Notes under the pieces: model-generated | What the model saw: the letters and a program-made list of their open reading frames with translations, nothing else | Database searches by the model: none | Told to the model about the DNA's origin: nothing | Position numbers and translations under genes: made by a program | Shown: positions 20,341 through 28,983 of the stretch, in pieces | How positions within the stretch are numbered: position 1 is the first letter of the stretch | Layout: every line of letters begins with the position of its first letter | IMG/VR virus record: IMGVR_UViG_3300032073_000007 | Location: 47,273-111,272 of that record | Direction: 5' to 3' (one strand) | Source: a virus | Length of the DNA: 64,000 nt

Positions 20341-20399
20341 CAAGGGTTTCGACGGGACGCAAGTCGCGGATGGGGGTTCGACTCCCCCGCTATCCACCA
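20335..20399 (+). ncRNA. Mini-tmRNA: tRNA-like domain only, no tag reading frame
   Basis: GGGTAGC/GCTATCC acceptor with G3-U70, A discriminator, encoded CCA; stemless D loop AAGGGTTTCGAC; short helix capped by GCAA; GGAT; GGGGG-TTCGACT-CCCCC T arm. Confidence 0.85.
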
Positions 20400-20467
20400 A
20401 AAAAAAATCAAAATAAATACAAAAAAAGCTTTTTACTCACTCAAATCTCTGTTATAATTCTCTCGTT

Positions 20468-20803
20468 ATGAAAAACACCACTACCACTACCACCACCCGC
20501 TTCGATCACTCTCTCTATGGACTCAGTGATCAAGACCTCAAGAAAAAGCTCACCAATCGCGTTGTTATCTACTGGAACAGCGAAGAATCCTCCGTCAAGA
20601 ATGATGGTGTCCGTCAGTTCGTGGTCAAGTCAATCGACTACACTGGTCACGCCAAGGGTTCGGGTCGCCGTTACATCCAAGGGGAGTTCCAAGACCTCGA
20701 CGATGGAGGCAAGACCAAGTTCCGCACTCTCCACGTTGCGGGAATCGAAAAGGTGAAGGGTCGCGTGGCGACCGCTTACAAGCTAGCCAAATCAGTTTTT
20801 TAA
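20468..20803 (+). CDS. Stand-alone WYL-like domain protein (paralogue A)
   Basis: RQFVVKSI...GRRYI...DGGKTKFRTLHVAGIEKV; paralogue of 21930-22208. Confidence 0.5.
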   Translation: MKNTTTTTTTRFDHSLYGLSDQDLKKKLTNRVVIYWNSEESSVKNDGVRQFVVKSIDYTGHAKGSGRRYIQGEFQDLDDGGKTKFRTLHVAGIEKVKGRVATAYKLAKSVF

Positions 20804-20817
20804 GTGCATAGCGTGTT

Positions 20818-20854
20818 GCCCGTCAGTCTCTTCGGAGGCTGGCGGGTTTTTTTT
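20818..20854 (+). terminator. Intrinsic terminator
   Basis: GCCCGTCAGTCTC-TTCG-GAGGCTGGCGGGT plus T tract. Confidence 0.85.
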
Positions 20855-20883
20855 GCATTAAATTGTTTTTTGGCCTTGACAGC

Positions 20884-20962
20884 CGTAACTCCTTCATACT
20901 CAGTGAGTTACGCGCTGCGGCCAGCCCGCCCTGCGTAACTCCTTGATACTCAACGAGTTACG
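20884..20962 (+). repeat. 79-bp element, copy 2 (forward)
   Basis: 29+21+29 bp; core CGCTGCGGCCAGCCCGCCCTG. Confidence 0.95.
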
Positions 20963-21103
20963 TCACCTTACAAAATATGCAGTGTGATGCCCTGTCAAGT
21001 AAATATTTAGCTATTTGTTATTTGTTGTTCTAACCTGTAACCTAAGACAAAAAAAAGATAAAAAAACATTTGCACTCCTGCGATCTTCTGGTAGGTTACT
21101 CGC

Positions 21104-21340
21104 ATGACAGTTCAAAACCCTATTGGCCAACTCGCCCCGATGACAGAATCTGACCTGCGCGATATGCTCAGTGATGGGCCTCGCTGCGGGAACTGGAACC
21201 CTACGCCCGATGAGGTGCAGGAGGTTCTCGCTGAGATCCACTCTGATCTCGGTGATCGCGATCCTCAGTGGTCTACTGATCAGGACGGATTGGACCCCTC
21301 AGACGCTCAAGCCCTCCAGTCTTACCTCGACGCTGAATAA
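21104..21340 (+). CDS. Small acidic early protein
   Basis: TTGCAC-16-TAGGTT-6 nt-ATG; terminator at 21365-21391. Confidence 0.7.
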   Translation: MTVQNPIGQLAPMTESDLRDMLSDGPRCGNWNPTPDEVQEVLAEIHSDLGDRDPQWSTDQDGLDPSDAQALQSYLDAE

Positions 21341-21447
21341 TCAAAAGAGACAAGACTCTCTTCAAGGCTCCCGAAAGGGAGCTTTTTTTTTGTGCTTTTA
21401 TGTAAAAAAAAGATTGCCAAAAGCAAATTATCTGTTACACTACTCTC

Positions 21448-21666
21448 ATGTATACGTTCAGCTACTACATCGTCGCCAGCACAGGAGTTTACACAGGAGT
21501 CGCGATGTCGCGTTCTCCCAAGAAGGCTTCTGAAGAAGCCTCGCGGATCGCTTGGGAAAATCTCTACGAGGGGGATGCCAAAGCTGAATACTGTTCGGGC
21601 ATCTCCGTGGAGGGGTGGACAGCGTGGCGAGGTCATAAAAAAATCGCGGAATACATGGACATCTAA
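21448..21666 (+). CDS. Small early protein; stop codon lies inside element copy 3
   Basis: TTGCCA-16-TACACT-6 nt-ATG. Confidence 0.65.
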   Translation: MYTFSYYIVASTGVYTGVAMSRSPKKASEEASRIAWENLYEGDAKAEYCSGISVEGWTAWRGHKKIAEYMDI

Positions 21667-21740
21667 CTCCTTGATAATCAGGGAGTTACGGGGCGGGGGT
21701 AGGCCGCAGCGCGTAACTCATTGATATACAACGAGTTACG
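21662..21740 (-). repeat. 79-bp element, copy 3 (reverse core)
   Basis: Core GGGCGGGGGTAGGCCGCAGCG is the reverse complement of the consensus core. Confidence 0.95.
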
Positions 21741-21929
21741 ACTGAAAAAAAATGAATTTAAATGCAGAAATCGCTTGCATATCTGGTGATATTTGGTAAA
21801 CTATTTGCATCGAAGCTATTTAACCTATGCTTCTCTAACCTACAACAAAAACAGACCATGCTCAGAAAAAAATTAAAATTCAGCAAAAAACCTCTTGCAC
21901 TCACTCAAAATCCTGTTATACTTATCCCA

Positions 21930-22208
21930 ATGCAAACAAACACCATTACTGCCAACCTCACCCTTCCTACTAACCCTGTGCAACTTGCTTCTGCTCTTAC
22001 TGGCAAGACAGTTCACTATACAACTAAAAAAGATTCTTCTGTTACCTTCGACAGAGAAAGGGTCTTCAAGGTTGAATCCGTAGAGGACGTTTCAATCTCT
22101 CAATCAACGGGAGATCAATATGTAAATGTCAAGATCATTGACCCTCAAGATGGTGGTAAGGAGAAATACAGAAACCTCATTGTAGATAGAATTTCGACTG
22201 TTGTGTAG
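21930..22208 (+). CDS. Stand-alone WYL-like domain protein (paralogue B)
   Basis: Start reassigned to ATG 21930 after TTGCAC-16-TATACT; RVFKVESV...GDQYV...DGGKEKYRNLIVDRISTVV. Confidence 0.55.
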   Translation: MQTNTITANLTLPTNPVQLASALTGKTVHYTTKKDSSVTFDRERVFKVESVEDVSISQSTGDQYVNVKIIDPQDGGKEKYRNLIVDRISTVV

Positions 22209-22316
22209 GTGTGTAAACGCATAAGGGGTGGTAGGTGTGTGTGTGTCTTAAGTCCTGCCACCCCTTTCTACAACAAAAAATTTGACAAACAACAAACAAT
22301 AGAATAAATTAGCATC

Positions 22317-22538
22317 ATGCCTAAATCATCAGAAACACTTCGTATCGAAGTCAAAACACAGGAACAAGCCGCCATTCTTAACTATGCTCTTGGCTTGGTT
22401 CATCAGCACCTCGCAAGTCGTCTTGAGGAGGTAGAAGATAATAAACTTGATACCTTCTTAGATAATGTTAAGTGGACTCGCAAACACGCAAAGTCTCTTA
22501 ATGACAAGTTTTCTCTTAGTGAGTTACAGAATTCCTAG
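22317..22538 (+). CDS. Small early protein
   Basis: TTGACA-17-TAAATT-6 nt-ATG. Confidence 0.7.
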   Translation: MPKSSETLRIEVKTQEQAAILNYALGLVHQHLASRLEEVEDNKLDTFLDNVKWTRKHAKSLNDKFSLSELQNS

Positions 22539-22548
22539 GAGTTGAATT

Positions 22549-22696
22549 GGACCACAGAGAAATCATGGTTCATCTAGAAACTCCGAAGAACAGGTGGTAA
22601 CAGTGACCAACTCTTAATTGACTGGCACTCGTCAACAAGCCGACCCTCTCTCACTCTTCTAGACAGTGAGGGAGGGAACCACTTTCTTGCTAGATG
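22549..22696 (+). ncRNA. Candidate structured RNA
   Basis: Several nested helices, including the 12-bp CCCTCTCTCACT/AGTGAGGGAGGG and closing CATCTAG/CTAGATG. Confidence 0.45.
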
Positions 22697-22700
22697 GGGT

Positions 22701-22743
22701 AAGTCCCGTCCTCCTTCGTCACTGGGGGGCGGGGCTTTTCTTT
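22701..22743 (+). terminator. Intrinsic terminator immediately before the tRNA
   Basis: AAGTCCCGTCCTCC...GGGGGCGGGGCTT-TTCTTT. Confidence 0.7.
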
Positions 22744-22816
<73 letters not shown>

Positions 22817-22895
22817 CCTAACTCCTTAATACTCAGGGACTTACGCGCTGCGGGCGGCCCCCGCCCCGTAAGTCGTTGATACTCAACGACTTACG
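22817..22895 (+). repeat. 79-bp element, copy 4 (forward), abutting the tRNA 3' end
   Basis: Core CGCTGCGGGCGGCCCCCGCCC. Confidence 0.95.
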
Positions 22896-22998
22896 CAGGA
22901 AAAAGAAACACATGTTTTTAAGTCTGTCAAGCAGAAAAAAATAAAAGAAAAAGCTAAAAAAGGGTTGCATCAAATCAATTATGTGGTAAACTTCTTGC

Positions 22999-23757
22999 AT
23001 GTTGATACTAGCTAAAAACAAAGTCGATTCCGAGCAACTTGCAGAAGTCATCACTCCTGCCGCTACGGATACCCACACTCCAATCGGTCACGCACTCCTT
23101 GCGGAGCGCACTCGCAATGTCATCGCGAAGGCTGGTCTTGAGATCACTCAAGAAGAACACGCCATCGCGCGTGGCGGTCTCCGCTACTTCGGCGGCTTCG
23201 CCCTCAAGGGCGAGGCAATCGACGGGGATGATCGCAAGCTTGTGCTTGGTCTCCGCAACGCGCACGACAAGTCCTTTGCGGCTTCCGTGTGCATCGGCAA
23301 CCAGATGATGGTCTGCGAAAATCTTTGCTTCTCTTCTGATGTGAAGCTCGCTCGCCGTCACACCGTCAACATCCTTCGGGATCTGAACACGGTCCTTTCG
23401 TCTGCCGTCAGTCGCGTTACCTCGCACTGGGCTGACATGGGCAATCGGATTGCCTCCTACAAGGAGAGTGAAATCTCTAAGGAGGCGGCTTCCGACTTGG
23501 TTGTCGATCTTGCCGAGATGGGTGCGTTTCCTGCGCGTTCCGTCTACAAGGCGATTCAGGAGTTCCGCAACCCTCGCCATGAGGAGTTCAAAGGTGGGAC
23601 GCTCTGGACGCTCTACAACGGCGTGACTGAGCATCTCAAGGGTGGCGACCTTACCAAGTTGCCACAGCGCACGATGACCACGCAGTCTGTCTTTGACAGG
23701 CTCGCGGGCCACAAGCCCAAGATCGTCGAGGCCGAAGAGATTGCCTTGCCCGCATAG
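22999..23757 (+). CDS. DUF932-like protein
   Basis: THTPIGH, RNAHDKS, VCENL, ARRHT, TLWTLYNGVTE motifs; leaderless promoter; terminator at 23777-23807. Confidence 0.75.
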   Translation: MLILAKNKVDSEQLAEVITPAATDTHTPIGHALLAERTRNVIAKAGLEITQEEHAIARGGLRYFGGFALKGEAIDGDDRKLVLGLRNAHDKSFAASVCIGNQMMVCENLCFSSDVKLARRHTVNILRDLNTVLSSAVSRVTSHWADMGNRIASYKESEISKEAASDLVVDLAEMGAFPARSVYKAIQEFRNPRHEEFKGGTLWTLYNGVTEHLKGGDLTKLPQRTMTTQSVFDRLAGHKPKIVEAEEIALPA

Positions 23758-23854
23758 CCCTGCCGCTACCATCACAGGCCCGCATTCCGAAAGGGGTGCG
23801 GGCTTTTGCTTGCAAAAATAAAATGTTTTTTTAGTTGACACGGTATTCAAGCCT

Positions 23855-23933
23855 CATAACTCGTTGAATATCAACGAGTTACGGGGCGGGGGCCGCCCGC
23901 GCAGCGTAACTGCTTGATACTCAAGGACTTACG
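23855..23933 (-). repeat. 79-bp element, copy 5 (reverse core)
   Basis: Core GGGCGGGGGCCGCCCGCGCAG; its reverse complement matches the copy 4 core at 18/21. Confidence 0.95.
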
Positions 23934-23992
23934 ACTGAATTTTAATTCTTTTTTAATTTGACAGTTTTTTTTCTTTGGGGTATATTTTTGCC

Positions 23993-24199
23993 ATGACTAA
24001 GACATATAATATTTCTCGACGAGGATCGCGCACAAACCCACATGACCTACCTTTTGATTTTGTATTTGAGTGGTTTAATGGGACAGAAGAAATAGGTATT
24101 TTCTGCTCATTACACGCAGCGATCACGCTTGCAGAAGAATTTGAAAAGTTCGGTTATAAAGAGTTGGAGGGCAGCATTCAATTTACCTCTGCAATTTAA
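23993..24199 (+). CDS. Small early protein
   Basis: TTGACA-17-TATATT-6 nt-ATG (MTKTYN...). Confidence 0.65.
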   Translation: MTKTYNISRRGSRTNPHDLPFDFVFEWFNGTEEIGIFCSLHAAITLAEEFEKFGYKELEGSIQFTSAI

Positions 24200-24244
24200 A
24201 TTAATTTTAATTGACAAACTAGAAAACTCTGTTACATTACCCAC

Positions 24245-24931
24245 ATGGCAAAACTACTTAACGATGGAAATTCCAAAACAAGCAAGGGAGAAAAGTATGG
24301 TTGGAAAACCTATGGAATACACCTTGCCCCATATAACCTATCAGGAAAAAATGTTTGTGCTTCTGCTTCTGCTGGTTGCGCTGCTGCTTGTCTCAATACT
24401 GCTGGTCGTGGATCAATGAATTCAGTTCAAAATGCCCGAGTTAAAAAAACACAGAGGTTTCATGAGGATCGGGATGGATTCCTATCGCAGTTATTCAAAG
24501 AAATTAAAAGCTCGATTAAAAGCGCTACGAGAAAAGAACTAAAGAGTTGCTTCCGTTTAAATCTTACAAGTGACATCCTTTGGGAGCGATTTGTTGTTGG
24601 ACATTTTCCAGATACTCAATTTTACGACTATACTAAACACCTAAATAGATTCGTTCGTTTCTTGGAGGGCAAACTACCAAGCAATTATCATCTCACTTTT
24701 TCAAGGAAAGAGAATACTCCTGACACTTTGGTAAAGAGCTTGTGTGCAAGTGGTGGCAATGTTTCAGTTGTGTTTAGGAAAAAGTTACCTAAAACGTGGC
24801 TTGGAATAGAAGTAATTGATGGCGACGATTCCGATCTGCGTTTTGAAGATGGCAATGGCAAGATTGTCGGTCTAGTAGCAAAAGGCAAAGGAAAGAAAGA
24901 CGAAACAGGTTTTGTTGTGGAGCCAGAATAA
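24245..24931 (+). CDS. Gp88-like Cys-cluster phage protein
   Basis: NSKTSKG, CxxxxxxCxxxC-LNTAGRG, RLNLTSD, FYDYTK, DGDDSDLRF motifs. Confidence 0.7.
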   Translation: MAKLLNDGNSKTSKGEKYGWKTYGIHLAPYNLSGKNVCASASAGCAAACLNTAGRGSMNSVQNARVKKTQRFHEDRDGFLSQLFKEIKSSIKSATRKELKSCFRLNLTSDILWERFVVGHFPDTQFYDYTKHLNRFVRFLEGKLPSNYHLTFSRKENTPDTLVKSLCASGGNVSVVFRKKLPKTWLGIEVIDGDDSDLRFEDGNGKIVGLVAKGKGKKDETGFVVEPE

Positions 24932-25011
24932 AGATCCCCTGCAAAAAAAATGCAGGAAAATCAAATAATTTTTATAGTAATAGTAACAGCAATAATAACA
25001 ATATACTTTTC

Positions 25012-25194
25012 ATGACAATAGAAGTAACACAAAAGGAAGTTTATGGAAACACCCTAACCTATGTGGCAGATGAATCTGTCAGGAATTCCATAAAGAAACT
25101 AACGGGAAGAAAAACTTTGACCGACTACGACATTGAAGCTCTCAAGGAACTGGGCTTCGTCTTAGTCCTCAAGCAAATGACCGTCAACATCTAG
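25012..25194 (+). CDS. Small phage protein
   Basis: KEVYGN...LTGRKTLT...LKELGF pattern. Confidence 0.7.
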   Translation: MTIEVTQKEVYGNTLTYVADESVRNSIKKLTGRKTLTDYDIEALKELGFVLVLKQMTVNI

Positions 25195-25202
25195 CCCATC
25201 TC

Positions 25203-25281
25203 CGTAACTCCTTCATAATGAGGGAGTTACGCGCGGCGGCCCGCCCGCTCGGCGTAACTCGTTGATAATCAGTGACTTACG
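25203..25281 (+). repeat. 79-bp element, copy 6 (forward)
   Basis: Core CGCGGCGGCCCGCCCGCTCGG; marks the end of the plus-strand island. Confidence 0.95.
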
Positions 25282-25363
25282 ACAGATCAATGTATAAAAA
25301 AAACCGCACAAACGTGCGGTTCTGTGGTATGCTTATTTGCTTATTAAGGCTTTAACCTATAAC

Positions 25364-25888
25364 CTAAGACTGAATTTTATATGGACTGCTATCAGAATTA
25401 TTAAGTTCATTTGCTACAACCTGAAGCTTGCCATATGTTTCTTGCTTTCTGCCTCTCATCCACATACAATCCCAACGCTGTCTTCGAGGTTTGCGGTGGT
25501 AGTATCGGTATATTTCTCCTGTGTCTTTATTAATCAGTTTCCATTTACCTTTAATGGTTTTTACTGTGCCTCCTTTCTCTTCAGGGGTATAGCATCTCTC
25601 AGGTCGTGCGCCCACCTTGATACACATCCGCTTCCACTCAGCGTCGTGACCATGCCCGCTGCCCGCAAGAGCGTGGGCAATCTCATGGAGAACAACGTCT
25701 TTAGATTCTTCTATTGTATTAATCAGAACCAGCTTCTTTGTAATACCAATTTCTTTTTTGTAGTATCTGCATTGCCCGTATCTGCTGGTGGCCTTATTGT
25801 CCCAGACCATTTTCCAGCCTATTCCTGCTAAACACCATTCTTCAAGCTTCTCTTGCGCGAACTTCTGTATTTCTATTAGCTTGTTCAT
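25364..25888 (-). CDS. SprT-like zinc metalloprotease
   Basis: YGQC, LHEIAHAL, HGHDAEWK; start placed at MNKLIE. Confidence 0.8.
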   Translation of the reverse strand: MNKLIEIQKFAQEKLEEWCLAGIGWKMVWDNKATSRYGQCRYYKKEIGITKKLVLINTIEESKDVVLHEIAHALAGSGHGHDAEWKRMCIKVGARPERCYTPEEKGGTVKTIKGKWKLINKDTGEIYRYYHRKPRRQRWDCMWMRGRKQETYGKLQVVANELNNSDSSPYKIQS

Positions 25889-25952
25889 TGATTTAAAGTA
25901 ACTATTATTGTTATTATTACTAGGAATATAATCCACCACTGATATAGTGTCA

Positions 25953-26246
25953 TTACTGGTTGATTAGGTGTTCGATGTGCTGCTCGATATACTGCTCGAA
26001 ATCACCAATATTATTTAGGTGTTTAGCCCGCTCTTTGGTGGCCTTTTCATACGCCCCGCCAGCCACAGGAGGGTAGTAGTTATTGTCCTGCACATAGTAG
26101 TCCCTGCCGTGGAATTCACAAGAACTAATAGCTTCCTTTAATTCACTAATAGCAGATAGGATTTTAACATTCCCCTGCAATAACATTTCTTTTGATGTTC
26201 CATTAAGGTGAACTGTCGGTAGTGGATAGTTTACTGTTTCAGTCAT
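25953..26246 (-). CDS. Hypothetical phage protein
   Basis: TTGACC-17-TATAGT-6 nt-ATG; PTVHLNGT, HGRDYY motifs. Confidence 0.7.
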   Translation of the reverse strand: MTETVNYPLPTVHLNGTSKEMLLQGNVKILSAISELKEAISSCEFHGRDYYVQDNNYYPPVAGGAYEKATKERAKHLNNIGDFEQYIEQHIEHLINQ

Positions 26247-26826
26247 GAGCAAACTATACTCCCCACCTACGGTGGGGTCAAGAATAAAAATGAATAAAAA
26301 TCACTAAAAATTAAGAAAGTAATCACTTAAAAGATAAAATGCGGTTGCTAAAAAAACTAAATATAAAGTTGCTTCTATTCTGCTCATGTTTATTAAGGTT
26401 TTATTCTATAAACTGGGGTTCTTTATTTGTCGATTAAATGTGCAATTATCGACACGTTTTGTCTATATGTATTCTATATACACATATACTTATTAAGACA
26501 AACGAAAATAAACTGGCGATTAAATAACAGTAAATTATTATTAATTAGACTGAATCACCGAGAAAGCCCTTTTATTTGGTTGAATTAGGTTAAATTGAGG
26601 TGGGCTAGGGGAACCGAAAGAACTTATTTATTTATTTAGCGCGTAGGCGACTATCCTAAATTTCTTTCTTATTTGTTCTATTGATGCTAAAACCCTTATT
26701 TTATCTTGTTTTCTTTTATATTTACCCCTATGTATTTCTTATATAGATCTATTCTATTTTATTCTTTTAAAGAGTCTTTTAATTAATTATAAATGGAGAA
26801 GTAATTTAAATTGATTTTATTGTAAT

Positions 26827-27447
26827 TTATAATAACTGAACCCTTTCAAACTGCTTTTCTTCTACTATTCCCAGCTTATCTTTTATTAGCTTAATTAGTA
26901 TTGATATGGGTCTGCCTCCTGTCTTCTCTTCTTCATATAGCCATATGTTATTTGCACAGGTTCTACGGTTTGGATTCTCTGGAGTAGGGCAAAGGTCATT
27001 AGGTTTAAGCACTCTTGTTTTAAGCTTATCAAAATCATGTATATCATTCCACCCAAGAAGTTTTGCTGTAGCTGTTTTTATATTGCCCCGATATAAAACA
27101 TCATACCACACAACAACAGCATTGTTTCTTTTGTATTTCTCCTTATGGGATGGTGCTAGAGAATGCCAAGCATTTGCTTTTATCTCAAATATCTGATCTT
27201 CTATCTGTATATCACTCCCCTTATTGGTAAAGTGCCTTGCCTCAAATTTAATTTTATCCTCTGGTATACCTTCTTTAATCAAAAGATTATAAAAACTATA
27301 TTCCGCAATAGCTCCTCTAATAGCAGAAGATTGATTGTTGTGTTTATAGGCGTTTCTACCAGTCTGCTGTCGTTTTTTATTTAATTCAACAGCTTTTTTA
27401 GCTCCTATTTGTATTTCTTCGGTTTGTTTATCTGTAAGGGTGTTCAT
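26827..27447 (-). CDS. PD-(D/E)XK-like nuclease
   Basis: GAIAE...SDIQI...FEIKA. Confidence 0.5.
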   Translation of the reverse strand: MNTLTDKQTEEIQIGAKKAVELNKKRQQTGRNAYKHNNQSSAIRGAIAEYSFYNLLIKEGIPEDKIKFEARHFTNKGSDIQIEDQIFEIKANAWHSLAPSHKEKYKRNNAVVVWYDVLYRGNIKTATAKLLGWNDIHDFDKLKTRVLKPNDLCPTPENPNRRTCANNIWLYEEEKTGGRPISILIKLIKDKLGIVEEKQFERVQLL

Positions 27448-28040
27448 AAAAATGATTTCTTTCTCTTTCTTTTAAGCTTTTCTAAAACACGACGAAAAAG
27501 GAAGGCTCTAGTAGAGTAGTTGGGACCAGATTGTCCCCAATGAACGCTTGATTCTTCTAAATTTTTCTTATATTCATCTTCAAAAACCAATTTAAAAGAT
27601 TGTATTTGGCCATAAGAGAACCCTCCAAGTTTTTTTACGCAAGCTTTTATTAAATCTTCGTGAAAGCAAGACCCAAAAATTTCTTTATAATCTCTATTAG
27701 TCCTAATTTCAAGCCAAGTATTATAATAAGGAACGCTTGTTTTTTTTATCCAAAGCCACATAGCGTCTTTACAATTTATGTTGGGAGCTTCTTTATGGCA
27801 GTGTTTGCATAATAAAACAAGATTACACGGTTTGTCTGAGCCTTTTAATGAATGGGGTATGATATGACATCTTTCGATCCTGTTTGTGGTTTTTGACTCG
27901 CATAAGTCGGCGCATCTCCAGCATCTACGTTCTGGCGAATCTGCCCAATCTATCCCCATATCGCCTTCATAAACTCTCGATTGCCAATAATCTACAATTT
28001 CTGAATGAGAAGGTAATCGTCTTTTTGTTTCCTTTTTCAT
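27444..28040 (-). CDS. HNH endonuclease
   Basis: CWRC...CHIIPHSLKGSD...NLVLLCKHCH. Confidence 0.85.
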   Translation of the reverse strand: MKKETKRRLPSHSEIVDYWQSRVYEGDMGIDWADSPERRCWRCADLCESKTTNRIERCHIIPHSLKGSDKPCNLVLLCKHCHKEAPNINCKDAMWLWIKKTSVPYYNTWLEIRTNRDYKEIFGSCFHEDLIKACVKKLGGFSYGQIQSFKLVFEDEYKKNLEESSVHWGQSGPNYSTRAFLFRRVLEKLKRKRKKSFL

Positions 28041-28052
28041 TACTTAATTGTT

Positions 28053-28128
28053 TGGTAGCGGGAGTGGGATTCGAACCCACACTTTAGCGATTTTAAGTCG
28101 CTTGCCTCTGCCGTTGGGCTACCCCGCC
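28053..28128 (-). tRNA. tRNA-Leu(UAA), short variable loop
   Basis: GGCGGGG...AGCGA-CTTAAAA-TCGCT-AAAGT-GTGGG-TTCGAAT-CCCAC-TCCCGCT-ACCA. Confidence 0.9.
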
Positions 28129-28213
28129 AAAGGTTACCTTGATGCCGATTTGAAAAATAACAAAATCAAAGCGACAACAAATAACCAGAGTATAAATCCT
28201 ATAGCATATGGTG

Positions 28214-28606
28214 TCATTGTTCTATGATTTTTTCTCCAGTGTATCGAGATAATTGAGTAGAGGATATCTCATATTCATTACTTGCCCCTCTTGCTACTGA
28301 TCTGAACGTCATGTAGTCCTCTGGTAAAGCATGTATGTATAACCCCTTCTGTTCATTATAATACCCATTCTTCTCTTCAAGCAATTGAAGCATCTTTTCT
28401 AACTGGAATTTAGTTAATTTTACCCGAACATCAAATCTTTTGTATTTAGTAGGTTGTTTATCTACTGAAATAGATTCTTCGGGTAAGTTAAATATCTCTG
28501 TTACCTCAGATTCTTCCTCAATGAAGTGAGTAGCGACCAAGAATGCCAAGGCAAAGGTGACCGCAAATGATACTATTCCAATTTCAAGCCTTCTGTCTTT
28601 CTTCAT
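28214..28606 (-). CDS. Membrane-anchored hypothetical protein
   Basis: N-terminal TM helix. Confidence 0.6.
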   Translation of the reverse strand: MKKDRRLEIGIVSFAVTFALAFLVATHFIEEESEVTEIFNLPEESISVDKQPTKYKRFDVRVKLTKFQLEKMLQLLEEKNGYYNEQKGLYIHALPEDYMTFRSVARGASNEYEISSTQLSRYTGEKIIEQ

Positions 28607-28746
28607 TTAACTGTTTAATCTCAAATGCTCTTATATCTCCGTCATTGATATCTATCCACTCCTTTAGTATGTTGCAAGCTTCTTCGTATGTTTCAGCCTC
28701 TATATGGTCTAAAAATGTAATTTCAAATGTTTTTTTGCTCATCTTG

Positions 28747-28983
28747 TTATCGGATTTCTTCTGAATGTATGTTAAAATATCTTTTTAAAGCTTCGATCTT
28801 ATCGTCAGCCGAAGCTAATGCTTCCAAAGCTTCGTTTGCGTTGTTGTAAAAATCACTGGTTGAATGATCTCCAATCCCCGCTGGATGGTTTGAAAGCAAA
28901 TCAAGTGTTAGAAATGCTTTATTTTTTTCTGCCTCTGCTTGTGATAGTAGCATATCATACAGAGGTAATTTCATCTGTCTCAT
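28747..28983 (-). CDS. Hypothetical phage protein
   Basis: PAGIGDHS motif; start placed at MRQMKLP to avoid overlap. Confidence 0.6.
   Translation of the reverse strand: MRQMKLPLYDMLLSQAEAEKNKAFLTLDLLSNHPAGIGDHSTSDFYNNANEALEALASADDKIEALKRYFNIHSEEIR

Noticed and set aside
22586-22606. T-box riboswitch (AGGTGGTAAC)
   Set aside because: About 100 nt from the terminator, no overlapping antiterminator and no recognisable Stem I
23008-23850. 280-aa antisense ORF
   Set aside because: Shadow of the codon-biased DUF932-like gene, which has the promoter, terminator and family motifs
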